Assembly (NCBI GenBank): GCA_963797555.1
Contig: CAWCPV010000003.1
Coordinates: 128,001-192,000, forward strand
Direction: 5' to 3'
Source of the DNA: an uncultured Gammaproteobacteria bacterium
GTDB taxonomy: Bacteria > Pseudomonadota > Gammaproteobacteria > CAWCPV01
DNA length: 64,000 nt
The position numbers and the translations under genes are program-made. Below, piece after piece: positions 44,514 to 54,724 of this stretch. The notes under the pieces are model-generated. The model had not been told where the DNA came from. It saw only the letters and a list, made by a program, of their open reading frames with translations, and searched no databases. The first letter of the stretch is position 1. The number at the start of each line of letters is the position of its first letter.

Positions 44514-45152
44514 ATGAAGAAGTCATTGCGGTCATCGTTGATCCTTGCGCTTTCCTTGGCATCGACCTCTATCTACGCCCAGGGTATGTACAGTCAGGGA
44601 CCTGGTCTCGGAAACGGGCAAACCGGTTTCAAGGTCGATTACTTCAGCTTTACCAACAATGCCTTTCAGAATAACAACTTGGGCGACGGCGTGTACATCG
44701 GATACGAAGCATACGGTGCCGTGATGCCGAACTTCTATCTGGGAGGGGAAGTGGGTTGGACAGGCCCATCGAAGGACGAGACCTTCGTGTTTCCCAGGGA
44801 AACCATCGACATCCATACCGATCTGACCTACGTTCCGATCGAGGTGAATTTCAAGTATGCGGCCGAAGTATCCCCCCAATTGGTTTGGGACCTGGGCGCC
44901 GGTTTTTCATATAACTACTTTAACGCCAATGTCCATTCGGGCGGCCTGTCTGCAAATCAGAGTGACTGGGTGTGGGGCGGACAGCTCTTCGGGGATCTGA
45001 CGTATAAGCTGGGCAACCAATGGTATGTGGGCCTCAATGCCAAGTACCAGGTCGCCCAGGATATTACGCTTCACGTCAGCGGCACGGACGTGGTGACAAA
45101 TACGGCCGCTACCAATTGGAGAATAGGGGGTCAAATTGGCATGAACTTCTAA
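44514..45152 (+). CDS. Outer-membrane beta-barrel protein
   Basis: Signal peptide, amphipathic aromatic-rich strands and a C-terminal Phe (GGQIGMNF). Confidence 0.8.
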   Translation: MKKSLRSSLILALSLASTSIYAQGMYSQGPGLGNGQTGFKVDYFSFTNNAFQNNNLGDGVYIGYEAYGAVMPNFYLGGEVGWTGPSKDETFVFPRETIDIHTDLTYVPIEVNFKYAAEVSPQLVWDLGAGFSYNYFNANVHSGGLSANQSDWVWGGQLFGDLTYKLGNQWYVGLNAKYQVAQDITLHVSGTDVVTNTAATNWRIGGQIGMNF

Positions 45153-45171
45153 TTCCAGAGGTGCACCCAAA

Positions 45172-48100
45172 TCAATCCTGTTCATCCTCCCCGGCCGACT
45201 GGCCAGGCGAGTGACAACTGCGCGGTCGGCGGCGAGCGCCCGTGCGCGAGCCGCCGCCCAGGTGCCGGCCAGCGTAAGGACCGGCCTCTCCGGTCCGTTG
45301 CTCGAACTCCGTTGCATTCATGGGTCGGAAGAAACACCTTCGGGTCCGGCGCGCGTTGGGCATCCGCGGCGGCGCGGTTTTCCACAGAAGAGCGATGTCT
45401 TCGTCGGTGAGTCCGTATGCCTGGTTGATGAGGTCCGACAGGCGGTGCTCCAGGCTCTGGATCTCCGCGGCGCGCTGGCGTTCGGGGACGGCATAGCCCT
45501 GGTGGGTCTTCATGAGCTCGGCGATGGCCGCCGGGGTCAGGTGCGAGGCGCCATTGGGGCGCCGTTCGCGGACCTCGGCGACGAAGTCGTCTGCGGTTAG
45601 CTCGGCGAAAGCTTCCAGCTTCTGGCCCGGTTTCTCGACGCCGAGATCGAAGCGCAGCCAATCGAGCAGCTCGCGGCTATGTTCCTGGGCCTCGCGGGTC
45701 AGCTGGATCAACGCGGGTGACGCGCTCCTCGACCTCGCGGCGGATCGCCGGTATCGGTTCTGCGATCGGTAAAGACTCGGTGAAGGAGTTGAATAGGCGC
45801 AGTGCCTCGTCTTTTCCGTGCTGGGCATTGCGCCACATGAATGCCCACAGGAGCGGCGAGTTCATGGCCGCGAGCGCAAAAAGGTCCTGCGTCATCCACA
45901 GGTAGCACGTGTTTACGAAATAGAGCGGCTCCCGGCACAGCGCAAACTGTGGGCGCCAAGCGATGTCCGTGTGCACAATCTTCGGCCGCTCGAAGGCGTC
46001 GTAGTAATCGCACGAGCGCAGCTCCCACCAAAACCGGCCCTGGTCCTGCCGCTCGATGAGACGGGCCTCGAACTGTTTCAGGTGCCGGTGCAGGCTCGGG
46101 AAGGTCCGACCGAATACCGCTTCCGCATCCTGTCCCGAGGCGCTCCAAGGCCAGTCGTAGTCGCCGCTCGACTTCAGCACGATCATCCAGAGTCGCTGCC
46201 ACGCCGGCACCCAGCGCTTGATGTCCTGCCCCCGCAGATACGGCTTGATGATCCCGGCACAGCCCGGGTCGTCGCGGATCAGGTCGAGGCGGGTCGCGTC
46301 GTCGATCAGGAATGCCTCGTTGAGGCCGGTCTTGATGCCATACATCGGCTTGGCGCCGACGAACTGCGTGAGAGGAACGCCGCGATCGCGGAGCTTCGCC
46401 ATCAGCGTATCCACCGCGGGTGGTTCCAGGCTCCAGGGTCTCGCGTCGTAACGGTTCCAGGGGACGGGATAGCCGTGCTCCTCGACGTACTGGTCCAGCG
46501 AGAGCGCGGTGGGCCGATCGCGCGGGACCCGACAGACGCGGACCTGCGCCCCGTCCGACTCGTCCGCCGCGGCGGGTGGCCGCGGTGGGCGACGATGATG
46601 CAGGGGAAGGTGTCGGCGTCCTGGAAGATCGGCGCGTGACCGAAGTCGGTGATCTCCTCGAATTCCGCGCGCTCGCTGAACAGCCTGCGCAGCGGCTCCC
46701 CGTAGCCGGCCCGCAGCCACTTGTTGCTGACGATGTAGCTGAGCTTCCCGTCGGGCGCGAGCAGCTCGAGACCGCGCTCGTAGAAGTAGACGTAAAGGTC
46801 GGCGACGCCGTGGTAGCTCGCGTAGCGCTGCGCGAAGTAGGGCTTGAAGGGCCCAAGGCTCTCTTGCCGCACATAGGGCGGGTTGCCAACGACCACATCG
46901 AAGCCGCCGCGGCCGAACACCTCGGGAAACGCCTCCCGCCAGTCGAAGGGGCGCGTGTCGGGCGGCAGCGCGGCGAAAGCCACGGCCAGCTCCGGCCGGG
47001 CCTCGGCCCGCGGCGGCTCGATCAACGAGTTGCCGCAGCGGATGTTGTGATCCAGGTTGCTGAGCGGCTTGTCGCGGCGGGCAGTCTTCAGCCACAGACT
47101 GAGCTTGGTGATCTCGACGGACTCGCGGTTCAGGTCCACGCCGTAGAGATTCTCTTGCAGGATCTGGCGGTCGAGGTCGAACAGACCCATCTGCCCCGGC
47201 TGACCGGTGAGCTCGGCGATGTTGCGGTTGACGCGCCCATACTCCCCGAGCAGGTAGTCGAAGACGGCGACCAGGAAGGCACCGGAGCCGCAGGCAAGGT
47301 CTAGCACCTTGATGCCGCGCAGCACCTCCAGGTAGTCCAGCCACACCTTGAGGCGCGTCTCTTTCGCCATCGGCCCCGGTTTGCCCGTGCGGCGTCTGGC
47401 TTCGAGATCGGTGAAGCGCTCCTCGAGCCAGCCGCCGAGGGTGCGGGCGACCATGAAGCGGGTGATGAACTCGGGCGTGTAGAAGATTCCTTCCCGCCTG
47501 CGCCGCGAGCGCTGCTGGTCGGCGACCCCGCCGCGGATCTCGGCGCGAATGCCCTCCAAGTCGCTGATGGACTGCTCGAAGATGTGGCCGAGAATGTTGA
47601 CGTTCAGGTCTGTCTCGAAGTCGTACCCGGCCAGCGCCAGGACGCCTTCCAGGCTTTCGTCACTGACCAACAACGCGTCGAGCGCCTCGTCCTTGGCGAA
47701 CAGGCCGCCGTCGTAGCCGTGGATCTGCATGGGCGGATATCCGCGGTCCACGGCGTCGAACAGTCCGCGGAGCTGCTGCCAGCGCGTGACCTCCACGAAC
47801 CCCTCGGTCTTCGCCGTCAACGCCCGGCTCAGAACCCGCGCCGGGAGGAGTCCCGTGTCCTCGCAGAAACAGATGAACAGCACCCGATCGAGAATCTTCT
47901 GGGCGTGCTCCAGCAGCCGCCCCTCGTGAAGCTCGGTAGCCTCGCCCCCGCGCGGCGGGTTGTCGCGACGAAGCTGATAGAACAGGTCGAGGCGCAGGTC
48001 GCGGTAGAAGACATAGAACGCCTTGGTGATCCGCTCCTCTTCCACATGGGTGTGGCCGGCGAGCCGATCGACCGGGCTTTCGGCATCCGGCGTCGGGCCG

Positions 48101-48702
48101 AGGAGGGTCTCGCGGCCCAGCAGGAAGACGAACTCCTGGAGCCTGTTGTCGTTCGCGAGGTCCGCAAGGCCGAAGCTCTGGCAATACCCCTGTCCCCGGT
48201 CGGTGCGGTAGATGCGCAGGCTCGTGAAGTTGCTGAGGATCACCCAGCGGCAGCCGTCCACCTTGGCGGCATAGCCGAATGCCTGCTCGACCGGCGTCAG
48301 ATTGCCGTAGCTCGCGCCCTGCTTGGCATCCAGGTCGGCGCCGGGCGCCTTGAGTTCCAGCACGGCCCGGGTGCGGTCGAGCTTTTCCGAGAACCAGCCC
48401 AGACGCGCATCGGGCGGCCGGTAGCCCTTCACCTGCGTGGAGCTGGTCTCCGGCTCCATGAAGTGTGTGCCATCGGAGCCGACAAGCTGCCGGTAGCCGA
48501 GGAGGCGATCGAAGATCTCGCTCAGGAACTGGCCCTGAAGGGGCTTCTCCTTCTGTCCAAGCAGCGCGCCGGCGGCGGCACTGGCGGCCCAGCCCGCAGC
48601 GAGCTTATTCTGCTCCTCGTCGATCTCCGGCGGCATAGCGCGCAGCGCCTCTGCGAGTAGCCGCTGGTTGAACAGGGGCTTGAGGTGATCGGTAGCGCTC
48701 AC
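45172..48702 (-). CDS. Type IIG (Eco57I-like) restriction-modification enzyme, frameshifts near 46575 and 45700
   Basis: N-terminal PD...ELK nuclease motif; GHIFEQ, GIFYTP, LDLACGSGAFL, VGNPPYV; C-terminal GIKTGLNEAF...LRGQDIKRW...WWELR...PKIV specificity region. Confidence 0.88.
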
Positions 48703-48881
48703 ATGGTTCCCGTCGCCGCGCGTATCGCAAGTCGCTGGCGGCGCGGCACCGCCTCGGAGGCTATCCTAGCCCGAGGGCGAGTCCGGGGACAGCCGTTGTT
48801 CGGGTGAGATCTGATAGGAAAAGCATGCTATAAGCTGTCGTCCGTCCCCGGGTTACCGTGCGATCCAACCATACAGGCCGA

Positions 48882-51401
48882 ATGACCTTGAAGAAACTCG
48901 ACAGATTGCGACGCACTGCGCAGGGCGCGCTGGCCATCGCCCTGGCTGTCGCCTCGTTCCTGGCGGCACCCCCCGGCGAAGCGACAGGTCCATCGACGCC
49001 GGAACCCGTGCAGTCCCCGGCGCCTCCGCCCGCAACGGCCATCCCGCAGGCGGAGGTCGCAAGCCGAGCCGTGGAGGTATCGGATCTGCTCCGCACCTTG
49101 ACCACGAATTCGGCGCCCAGCCCCGAGATCGAGACGATCCAAAAGTCGCTTGCGGAGGTCAGCGGCCAGATCGACCGGGAATTCGCGCGGACCAGGAACG
49201 CCCTCCGGGGGCAGCCGACTTTCGAGACGCTCCAGGCACAGCAGCAGGCGTGGCACCGGAGGCAGTTGCAGGCGACCGGCTGGCTGAACCAGATTACGAA
49301 GCGTGCCACCGACCTGCGGGAGGCGCTGAGCCACTTGGCGAGCCTGCAGACCACGTGGACCCGTACCCGTGACGCCGCGCAGGCGGCGCAGGCGCCGGGG
49401 CCGATCCTCCAGCAGATCGAAACGGTGCTGGCCGCGATTGGGGCGGCGCAGGCGCCTCTGCGAGCACAGCAGGATGCGGCGCTCGGCCTCGAGAGCAGCG
49501 TCGCCAGCGAAGTGGCCCGGTGCGGTGACGCGTTATCGCAGATCGCCCAGGCCCAGCGCAGGGCCGTAGGCGGGCTGCTGACGCGCGAAAGCCGGCCGAT
49601 CTGGAGCGTCGAGCTGTGGGTGAGGTCACGCACCGAGGGACCTGCCCGGCTCCGCCAAAGCGCCGCCGACCAGTGGGCGGACATCGAGCAGTACGTACGC
49701 GATCCGTCTCAGGGAATGCCGCTGTACGTCGGGCTTTTCGTGGCGCTGGCGATGCTGTTGGGCGCGGCGCGACGACGGGTCCGGCGGTGGGCAGCGGCCG
49801 GCGAGGGCCTCTCCTTCACCACCGCAGTGTTCGATCACCCCTACGCGGCGGCGTTCACTGCCACCCTGCTCGTCGTGTCCACTCCCAGCTTGCCCATGCC
49901 TCCGGTGGTGCGTCACCTTTTTGTCGTGCTGGGACTCGTGCCGATGATCCGGCTCACCCGGCCGGTGGTCGCCCCCCTTCTGATTCCCGGACTCTACGCC
50001 CTGGGGGTCCTGTACGTCCTCGATGCGGTCCGGCAGGCCTTAGGCGGCATACCGCTGCTGGAACAGGCGCTCCTGCTGGTGGAAACGCTCGCCGGGATGG
50101 CGGTGCTGGGGTGGTCGCTGGCCTTCGGAAGCCTGCGGCGCTCCTCTGCTTCAGTAACAGGGTCGGCGCGGTCAGGGGTGCTCCGGGTGGGCGCCGCCGT
50201 CATTCTCGTGGCCCTGGCCGCCGGGCTGGTGGCTGGAGTCCTGGGATACTTGCGCCTGGCGCGACTCCTGGTATCCACCGTTCTCGGCGGCGGTGTCCTG
50301 GCGCTGGTACTGTCCGTCTCCGTCCAGGTGCTGGGCGCCGTGCTGGCGTTCGCCCTCCGCGTGCATCCGTTACGGCGCCTGCAGTTGGTCCAGCACCATC
50401 GTGACCTGCTGGAACGCCGCGCTTATCGCGTGCTGATCTGGCTGGCCATCGGCGGCTGGTTGGCCCGCTGGCTGGACTACCTCGGATTGTTCCACCCGGC
50501 GCTGTCCTTCCTGGCAGCGATACTGGCGGCCAGGTTCGAGCGGGGCTCGGTCAGCCTCTCCCTGGGCGACGTCGTCGCCTTCGTGCTCACCGTGTGGGTG
50601 GCGTACCTGCTGTCCGCCTTCATCCGCTTTGTGCTGCAAGAGGACGTGTACCCCAAGAAAGGGATCCCGCGCGGCGCGTCCTATGCCTTCTCCAGCCTAC
50701 TTCATTACAGCATTCTCGCCCTCGGGTTCGTGGTGGGGCTGGGGGTGCTGGGCGTGGACTTCACCAAGGTGAGCGTCCTGGTCGGTGCGTTCGGCGTGGG
50801 CCTCGGCTTCGGGCTGCAGAGCGTGGTGAACAACTTTGTCTCCGGACTGATCCTGCTGTTCGAGCGGCCGGTCCACGTGGGCGACATCATCGAGGTGGGC
50901 GACCTGCAGGGCGAAGTGCGCCGCATCGGTATCCGCGCCAGCACGGTGCGCACGTGGCACGGGGCCGACATCATCGTGCCCAATGCGCAGTTCATCACGG
51001 CCAATGTGACCAACTGGACGCTCAGCGATCGGTTGCGGCGTATCGATCTGCCGGTGGGGGTCAGCTACGGAGCCGCGCCGAGGCAGGTGATTGAATTGCT
51101 GGAGACAGTGGCGCGCGCCAACCCGCGAGTGTTGCGGGATCCGCCGCCCCGGGGTCTTTTCATAGGCTACGGGGACAGCTCGATCGACTTCGAGTTGCGG
51201 GCGTGGACGGACCAGTTCGCCAACTGGCAGCAAATCCGGAGCGAGCTGGCCTCAGCCGTGTATGATGCGGTGTACGCGTCGGGGCTGTCGTTCCCCTTTC
51301 CCCAGCGCGAGGTGCGCCTGCTGCGCGACTCCAAGGCCGGGGCCTCACGATCCATCCACCCGGAGAATGACACGGCACCGCCGGGCGGCAATGAGGGGTA
51401 G
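48882..51401 (+). CDS. Large MscS-family mechanosensitive channel
   Basis: GAFGVGLGFGLQSVVNNFVSGLILLFERPVHVGD...IVPNAQFI...NWT...SFPFPQR. Confidence 0.92.
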   Translation: MTLKKLDRLRRTAQGALAIALAVASFLAAPPGEATGPSTPEPVQSPAPPPATAIPQAEVASRAVEVSDLLRTLTTNSAPSPEIETIQKSLAEVSGQIDREFARTRNALRGQPTFETLQAQQQAWHRRQLQATGWLNQITKRATDLREALSHLASLQTTWTRTRDAAQAAQAPGPILQQIETVLAAIGAAQAPLRAQQDAALGLESSVASEVARCGDALSQIAQAQRRAVGGLLTRESRPIWSVELWVRSRTEGPARLRQSAADQWADIEQYVRDPSQGMPLYVGLFVALAMLLGAARRRVRRWAAAGEGLSFTTAVFDHPYAAAFTATLLVVSTPSLPMPPVVRHLFVVLGLVPMIRLTRPVVAPLLIPGLYALGVLYVLDAVRQALGGIPLLEQALLLVETLAGMAVLGWSLAFGSLRRSSASVTGSARSGVLRVGAAVILVALAAGLVAGVLGYLRLARLLVSTVLGGGVLALVLSVSVQVLGAVLAFALRVHPLRRLQLVQHHRDLLERRAYRVLIWLAIGGWLARWLDYLGLFHPALSFLAAILAARFERGSVSLSLGDVVAFVLTVWVAYLLSAFIRFVLQEDVYPKKGIPRGASYAFSSLLHYSILALGFVVGLGVLGVDFTKVSVLVGAFGVGLGFGLQSVVNNFVSGLILLFERPVHVGDIIEVGDLQGEVRRIGIRASTVRTWHGADIIVPNAQFITANVTNWTLSDRLRRIDLPVGVSYGAAPRQVIELLETVARANPRVLRDPPPRGLFIGYGDSSIDFELRAWTDQFANWQQIRSELASAVYDAVYASGLSFPFPQREVRLLRDSKAGASRSIHPENDTAPPGGNEG

Positions 51402-51467
51402 GCGGGAGGGCCGGAGGTTTCCCAGGAGGCACGCAAACCAGGAAAAGGAAGTGACGCTTAACCGGGG

Positions 51468-51675
51468 GGCTCTTCGTGAATCGTGCGGGTAGCAGGGGTT
51501 CTGTGGGTTGCTCGCCTGAGGCTGCGACCGCAAGATCATGTGTTTGCGGACAAGCACCACAGAGGAGTTTCGAATGTCGATGGACCATGCCTGTTCACCG
51601 CCGCCATGGGGCTGTCCGCCCCTTGGGAAGTGGTGGACGTCCGGTTTGATCTCCAGACGAACCCGATCGATTGGG
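51468..51675 (+). mobile_element. 5' remnant of another ISL3 element
   Basis: Inverted-repeat-like GGCTCTTCGTGAATCGTGCGGG followed by LFTAAMGLSAPWEVVDVRFD, similar to the transposase start at 22325. Confidence 0.75.
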
Positions 51676-51943
51676 AGGCATGGCGGCAAGCACGCTCGCA
51701 AGCAGCAGAGCGAGCAGCCGCCCCACTGCCCTTGTATTCACACGTCTTCTCCATGACGGAAACGAATAAACGGCCAGTCCCGAGCGGGACTCGCCATGGG
51801 TAGCCATGGTCTTCGTTACTCGCTCACGGGGTTGTTCCGCTGGCCTTCCTGTCCTGCGTAACGAGCCTCTCCTCTCCGGTTGGCGACGAGGTTATCGTGG
51901 CCTATGTTCGCTGTACTCCATCCTCGAGGATGTGGAAATTCGT

Positions 51944-52360
51944 TCCCCCTCCCTGCGGGAGGGGGACAGGGGAGGGCGATCAATACGATGGCGCGCAGCA
52001 CGATTTCCAAGCACCTGCGAAAGAACATGACCGACGCCGAGCGTATGCTCTGGGAACGGCTGAGGCGCAAGCAGATGAAAGGCTACAAGTTCCGACGTCA
52101 GTGCGCCATCGGCCGTTACGTCGTTGACTTTGTCTGCCTGGAAAAAGGGTTGGTGATCGAGGTCGATGGTGGCCAACACGCCGTGCAGCGCGAGGGGATG
52201 GGGCACGCAGCGCGTGGCTGGCCACGCACGGCTACCAGGTTCTTCGCTTTTGGAATCACGAAGTGCTGCGTGAAACTGAAGCGGTGTTGGAAACCATACA
52301 GGGTCACCTTCTGTAGCCTTTTAGATCGCCCTCCCCCCACCCCTCCCGTCGGGAGGGGAG
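51944..52360. repeat. Pair of C/G-rich hairpin repeats flanking the DUF559 gene
   Basis: TCCCCCTCCCTGCGGGAGGGGGACAGGGGAGGGC (51944-51977) and inverted GCCCTCCCCCCACCCCTCCCGTCGGGAGGGGAG (52328-52360). Confidence 0.7.
51988..52316 (+). pseudogene. DUF559 endonuclease-domain protein, frameshifted near 52200
   Basis: LRKNMTDAERMLW...KFRRQ..IGRYVVDF...IEVDGGQH; GYQVLRFWNHEV lies in another frame. Confidence 0.85.
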
Positions 52361-52486
52361 CGGTTCCAGTGCCATGCTCTGAATGGTGGGACGAAGTTGT
52401 GAATCGCCCTTGCCATAGACTGGGAGAAGCCCATGCGGGCGGGCTTCGCCGTAGTCTTCATCAGCCGTTGACCGCAGTGCATTCAA

Positions 52487-52515
52487 GGCATATGCTTTGA
52501 CATATGCTATGCACC
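52487..52515 (+). promoter_or_regulatory. vapBC promoter/operator
   Basis: Two CATATGC palindromic cores around TTGACA, just upstream of vapB. Confidence 0.6.
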
Positions 52516-52528
52516 TGAGGATATGAGG

Positions 52529-52771
52529 ATGGGTGAGATCGAACGTCATGTCCGTTTGTTCCGCAACGGCCGCAACCAGGCCCTGCGCATTCCACGCGAG
52601 CTCGACCTCGAGGGAGATGAGGCGATTCTACGTAAAGAAGGCGACCGCCTGATAGTGGAGCCCGTCCGCCGGGGGCGGCTACTTGCGCTGCTCAGCACTC
52701 TCGAACCCCTGGACGAGCCCTTTCCGGACGTGAACGAGGATTTCGCGCCGCTGGACGATGTGGACCTCTGA
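52529..52771 (+). CDS. vapB: VapB antitoxin
   Basis: VRLFRNGRNQALRIPRE AbrB-type motif. Confidence 0.9.
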   Translation: MGEIERHVRLFRNGRNQALRIPRELDLEGDEAILRKEGDRLIVEPVRRGRLLALLSTLEPLDEPFPDVNEDFAPLDDVDL

Positions 52772-52773
52772 AC

Positions 52774-53181
52774 GTGCCACTGCGTTACCTGCTGGACACC
52801 GACATCCTCTCGGATCTCATCCGACATCCACAGGGAATGGTGGCCAGCCGGCTTGCCTCAGCAGGCGAGGACACAGTCTGCACCAGCATCGTCGTGGCGG
52901 CGGAGCTTCGCTTCGGAGCCCAGAAGTCAGGCTCTCGGAAACTCGCGGACCGGATTGACCTGATTCTCTCGGCGTTGGACGTCCTGCCGCTCGAACCGCC
53001 CGCCGACCGTCACTACGCAGAGATCCGCCAAGCGTTGGCGCGTGAGGGCATACCCATCGGTCCCAATGACCTCTTGATCGCAGCGCACGCTCTCGCGCTG
53101 GGTCTGACGGTGGTGACGGCGAATATGCGGGAGTTCTCCCGAGTACCCGGCCTCCAGGTGGAAGGCTGGCTCGGCAAGTGA
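52774..53181 (+). CDS. vapC: VapC PIN toxin
   Basis: YLLDTDILS...AELRFG...PIGPNDLLIAAHA...VTANMREFSRV. Confidence 0.92.
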   Translation: MPLRYLLDTDILSDLIRHPQGMVASRLASAGEDTVCTSIVVAAELRFGAQKSGSRKLADRIDLILSALDVLPLEPPADRHYAEIRQALAREGIPIGPNDLLIAAHALALGLTVVTANMREFSRVPGLQVEGWLGK

Positions 53182-53393
53182 GCCTGGGGTCCAGTCACCC
53201 GACGACCACATCTCAAAACGTCGCTCCCAATCTCACGCCAGCCCCTCGGGGCCGGGTCTTTCCTTCGTCGTCCCCTGACATCCGCCTCAACGCACGGCAA
53301 GACCGCTCCGCCTGGAACTCGGCGGTGCACTCGCCTAGCATACTTCGGCCTTCACGACTCCCGCTTCACAAGACTGCGACTAAGGAGCCAACA

Positions 53394-54485
53394 ATGAAAC
53401 TCGCAACATCCGCAGGCCGCCTGCTGGCCGTGCTGACCGTTGCCTGCCTTGCGTCCGCCGGCTGCGCGGCGCTCGGGCCCACTGCCATCAGGAGCGGGCG
53501 CGCGGCGTACAACGACGCCATTATCGCCACCAACAACCAGCAGGTGCTGGCGATGATCGTTCGGATGCGCTATGGGGAGCCCACCGACTTGCTGGCGGTC
53601 TCCAGCGTGACCGCCAACCTGCACGTTCAGACGAGCGCTCTCGCGCAGTTCGGCATCGGGCCGGAGAGCAACTTCGAGGGCAACCTGACTCCGCTCAGCG
53701 CTGGCATCACCTACGAAGAGAATCCCACAATCTCGTACACGCCGGTGCAGGGCGAGAAATACCTCCGCCAACTGCTGTCCCCGCTGCCCATCGATCTGAC
53801 GGTGCTCCTGCTCGGTGCCGTGGGAAATTCGCCCCAGGCCGTGACGCTCCTCTTCAGGAGCATCAACGGGATCCAGAACCCCGATTTCCTGGCGGACGCG
53901 TCGGTTCAACCCGACCCTCGATTCGCGCGCATCGCCGAGCTGCTCGCCGATCTGAGCCGCCGCGGTCAGGCCATCTGGGCGCAAGAACCGAGTGAACCCC
54001 AGTCGTATGTCCTGGCTCTGAGGGGCGAAGGGGATGCATACGCGCAGCAGGTGCGTGAGCTGTACGGATTGCTGGGTTTCGCTGCCCCGCGCCATCTCGC
54101 TGGAGTCATCACGCTGCCCATTCGGCTCGGGTTCGGCAAACCTGCAAAGGCAGCGATCCAGGTGAGGACCCGATCACTCTACGATCTCTTCGGCATCGCA
54201 GCGGCTTCCGTGGAAGTGCCCGAGGAGCAGATCCAGTCGGGGGTGGCCCCGCGGCTGCCCCCGACGGGAGCGGCCGGACAGAGCATGCGCATTCGAAGCT
54301 CGAAAGAGCGCCCCGAGCAGGCGATGATCGCAGTCAAGCGTCACGGATGGTGGTACTTCATCGACGCCACGGATACGGGAAGCAAGATGACGTTTCGCCT
54401 CCTCGATGCCCTGATATCGGTGCGGATAGCCGAAGCCGCGGAGCGGAAGGCCACACCGGTCCTGACCGTCCCGGTGTCGCGGTAG
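53394..54485 (+). CDS. Hypothetical lipoprotein
   Basis: AAGGAG RBS; lipobox-like LASAGC; ~363 aa. Confidence 0.7.
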   Translation: MKLATSAGRLLAVLTVACLASAGCAALGPTAIRSGRAAYNDAIIATNNQQVLAMIVRMRYGEPTDLLAVSSVTANLHVQTSALAQFGIGPESNFEGNLTPLSAGITYEENPTISYTPVQGEKYLRQLLSPLPIDLTVLLLGAVGNSPQAVTLLFRSINGIQNPDFLADASVQPDPRFARIAELLADLSRRGQAIWAQEPSEPQSYVLALRGEGDAYAQQVRELYGLLGFAAPRHLAGVITLPIRLGFGKPAKAAIQVRTRSLYDLFGIAAASVEVPEEQIQSGVAPRLPPTGAAGQSMRIRSSKERPEQAMIAVKRHGWWYFIDATDTGSKMTFRLLDALISVRIAEAAERKATPVLTVPVSR

Positions 54486-54724
54486 TGCGATCCACCCCTG
54501 CCGCAGGCGCGCGGGAGAGGTCGGCCGCACGGTCCACTTTTTGCCGCTGTCGGCCTTCGAGTTGACCGTGATGGCCGGAACACCGTCGACGTAGGTCTCG
54601 CCCTCGCTGGCTGCGGTACGAACCGCCAATGGGGTCTCTGGTGTACACGAGCCAATCGGGTGGCGCCCTGCGGCGTCGAGTATTAACATACGCACCACTT
54701 CGCAACACACCGAAGGAAATACTC

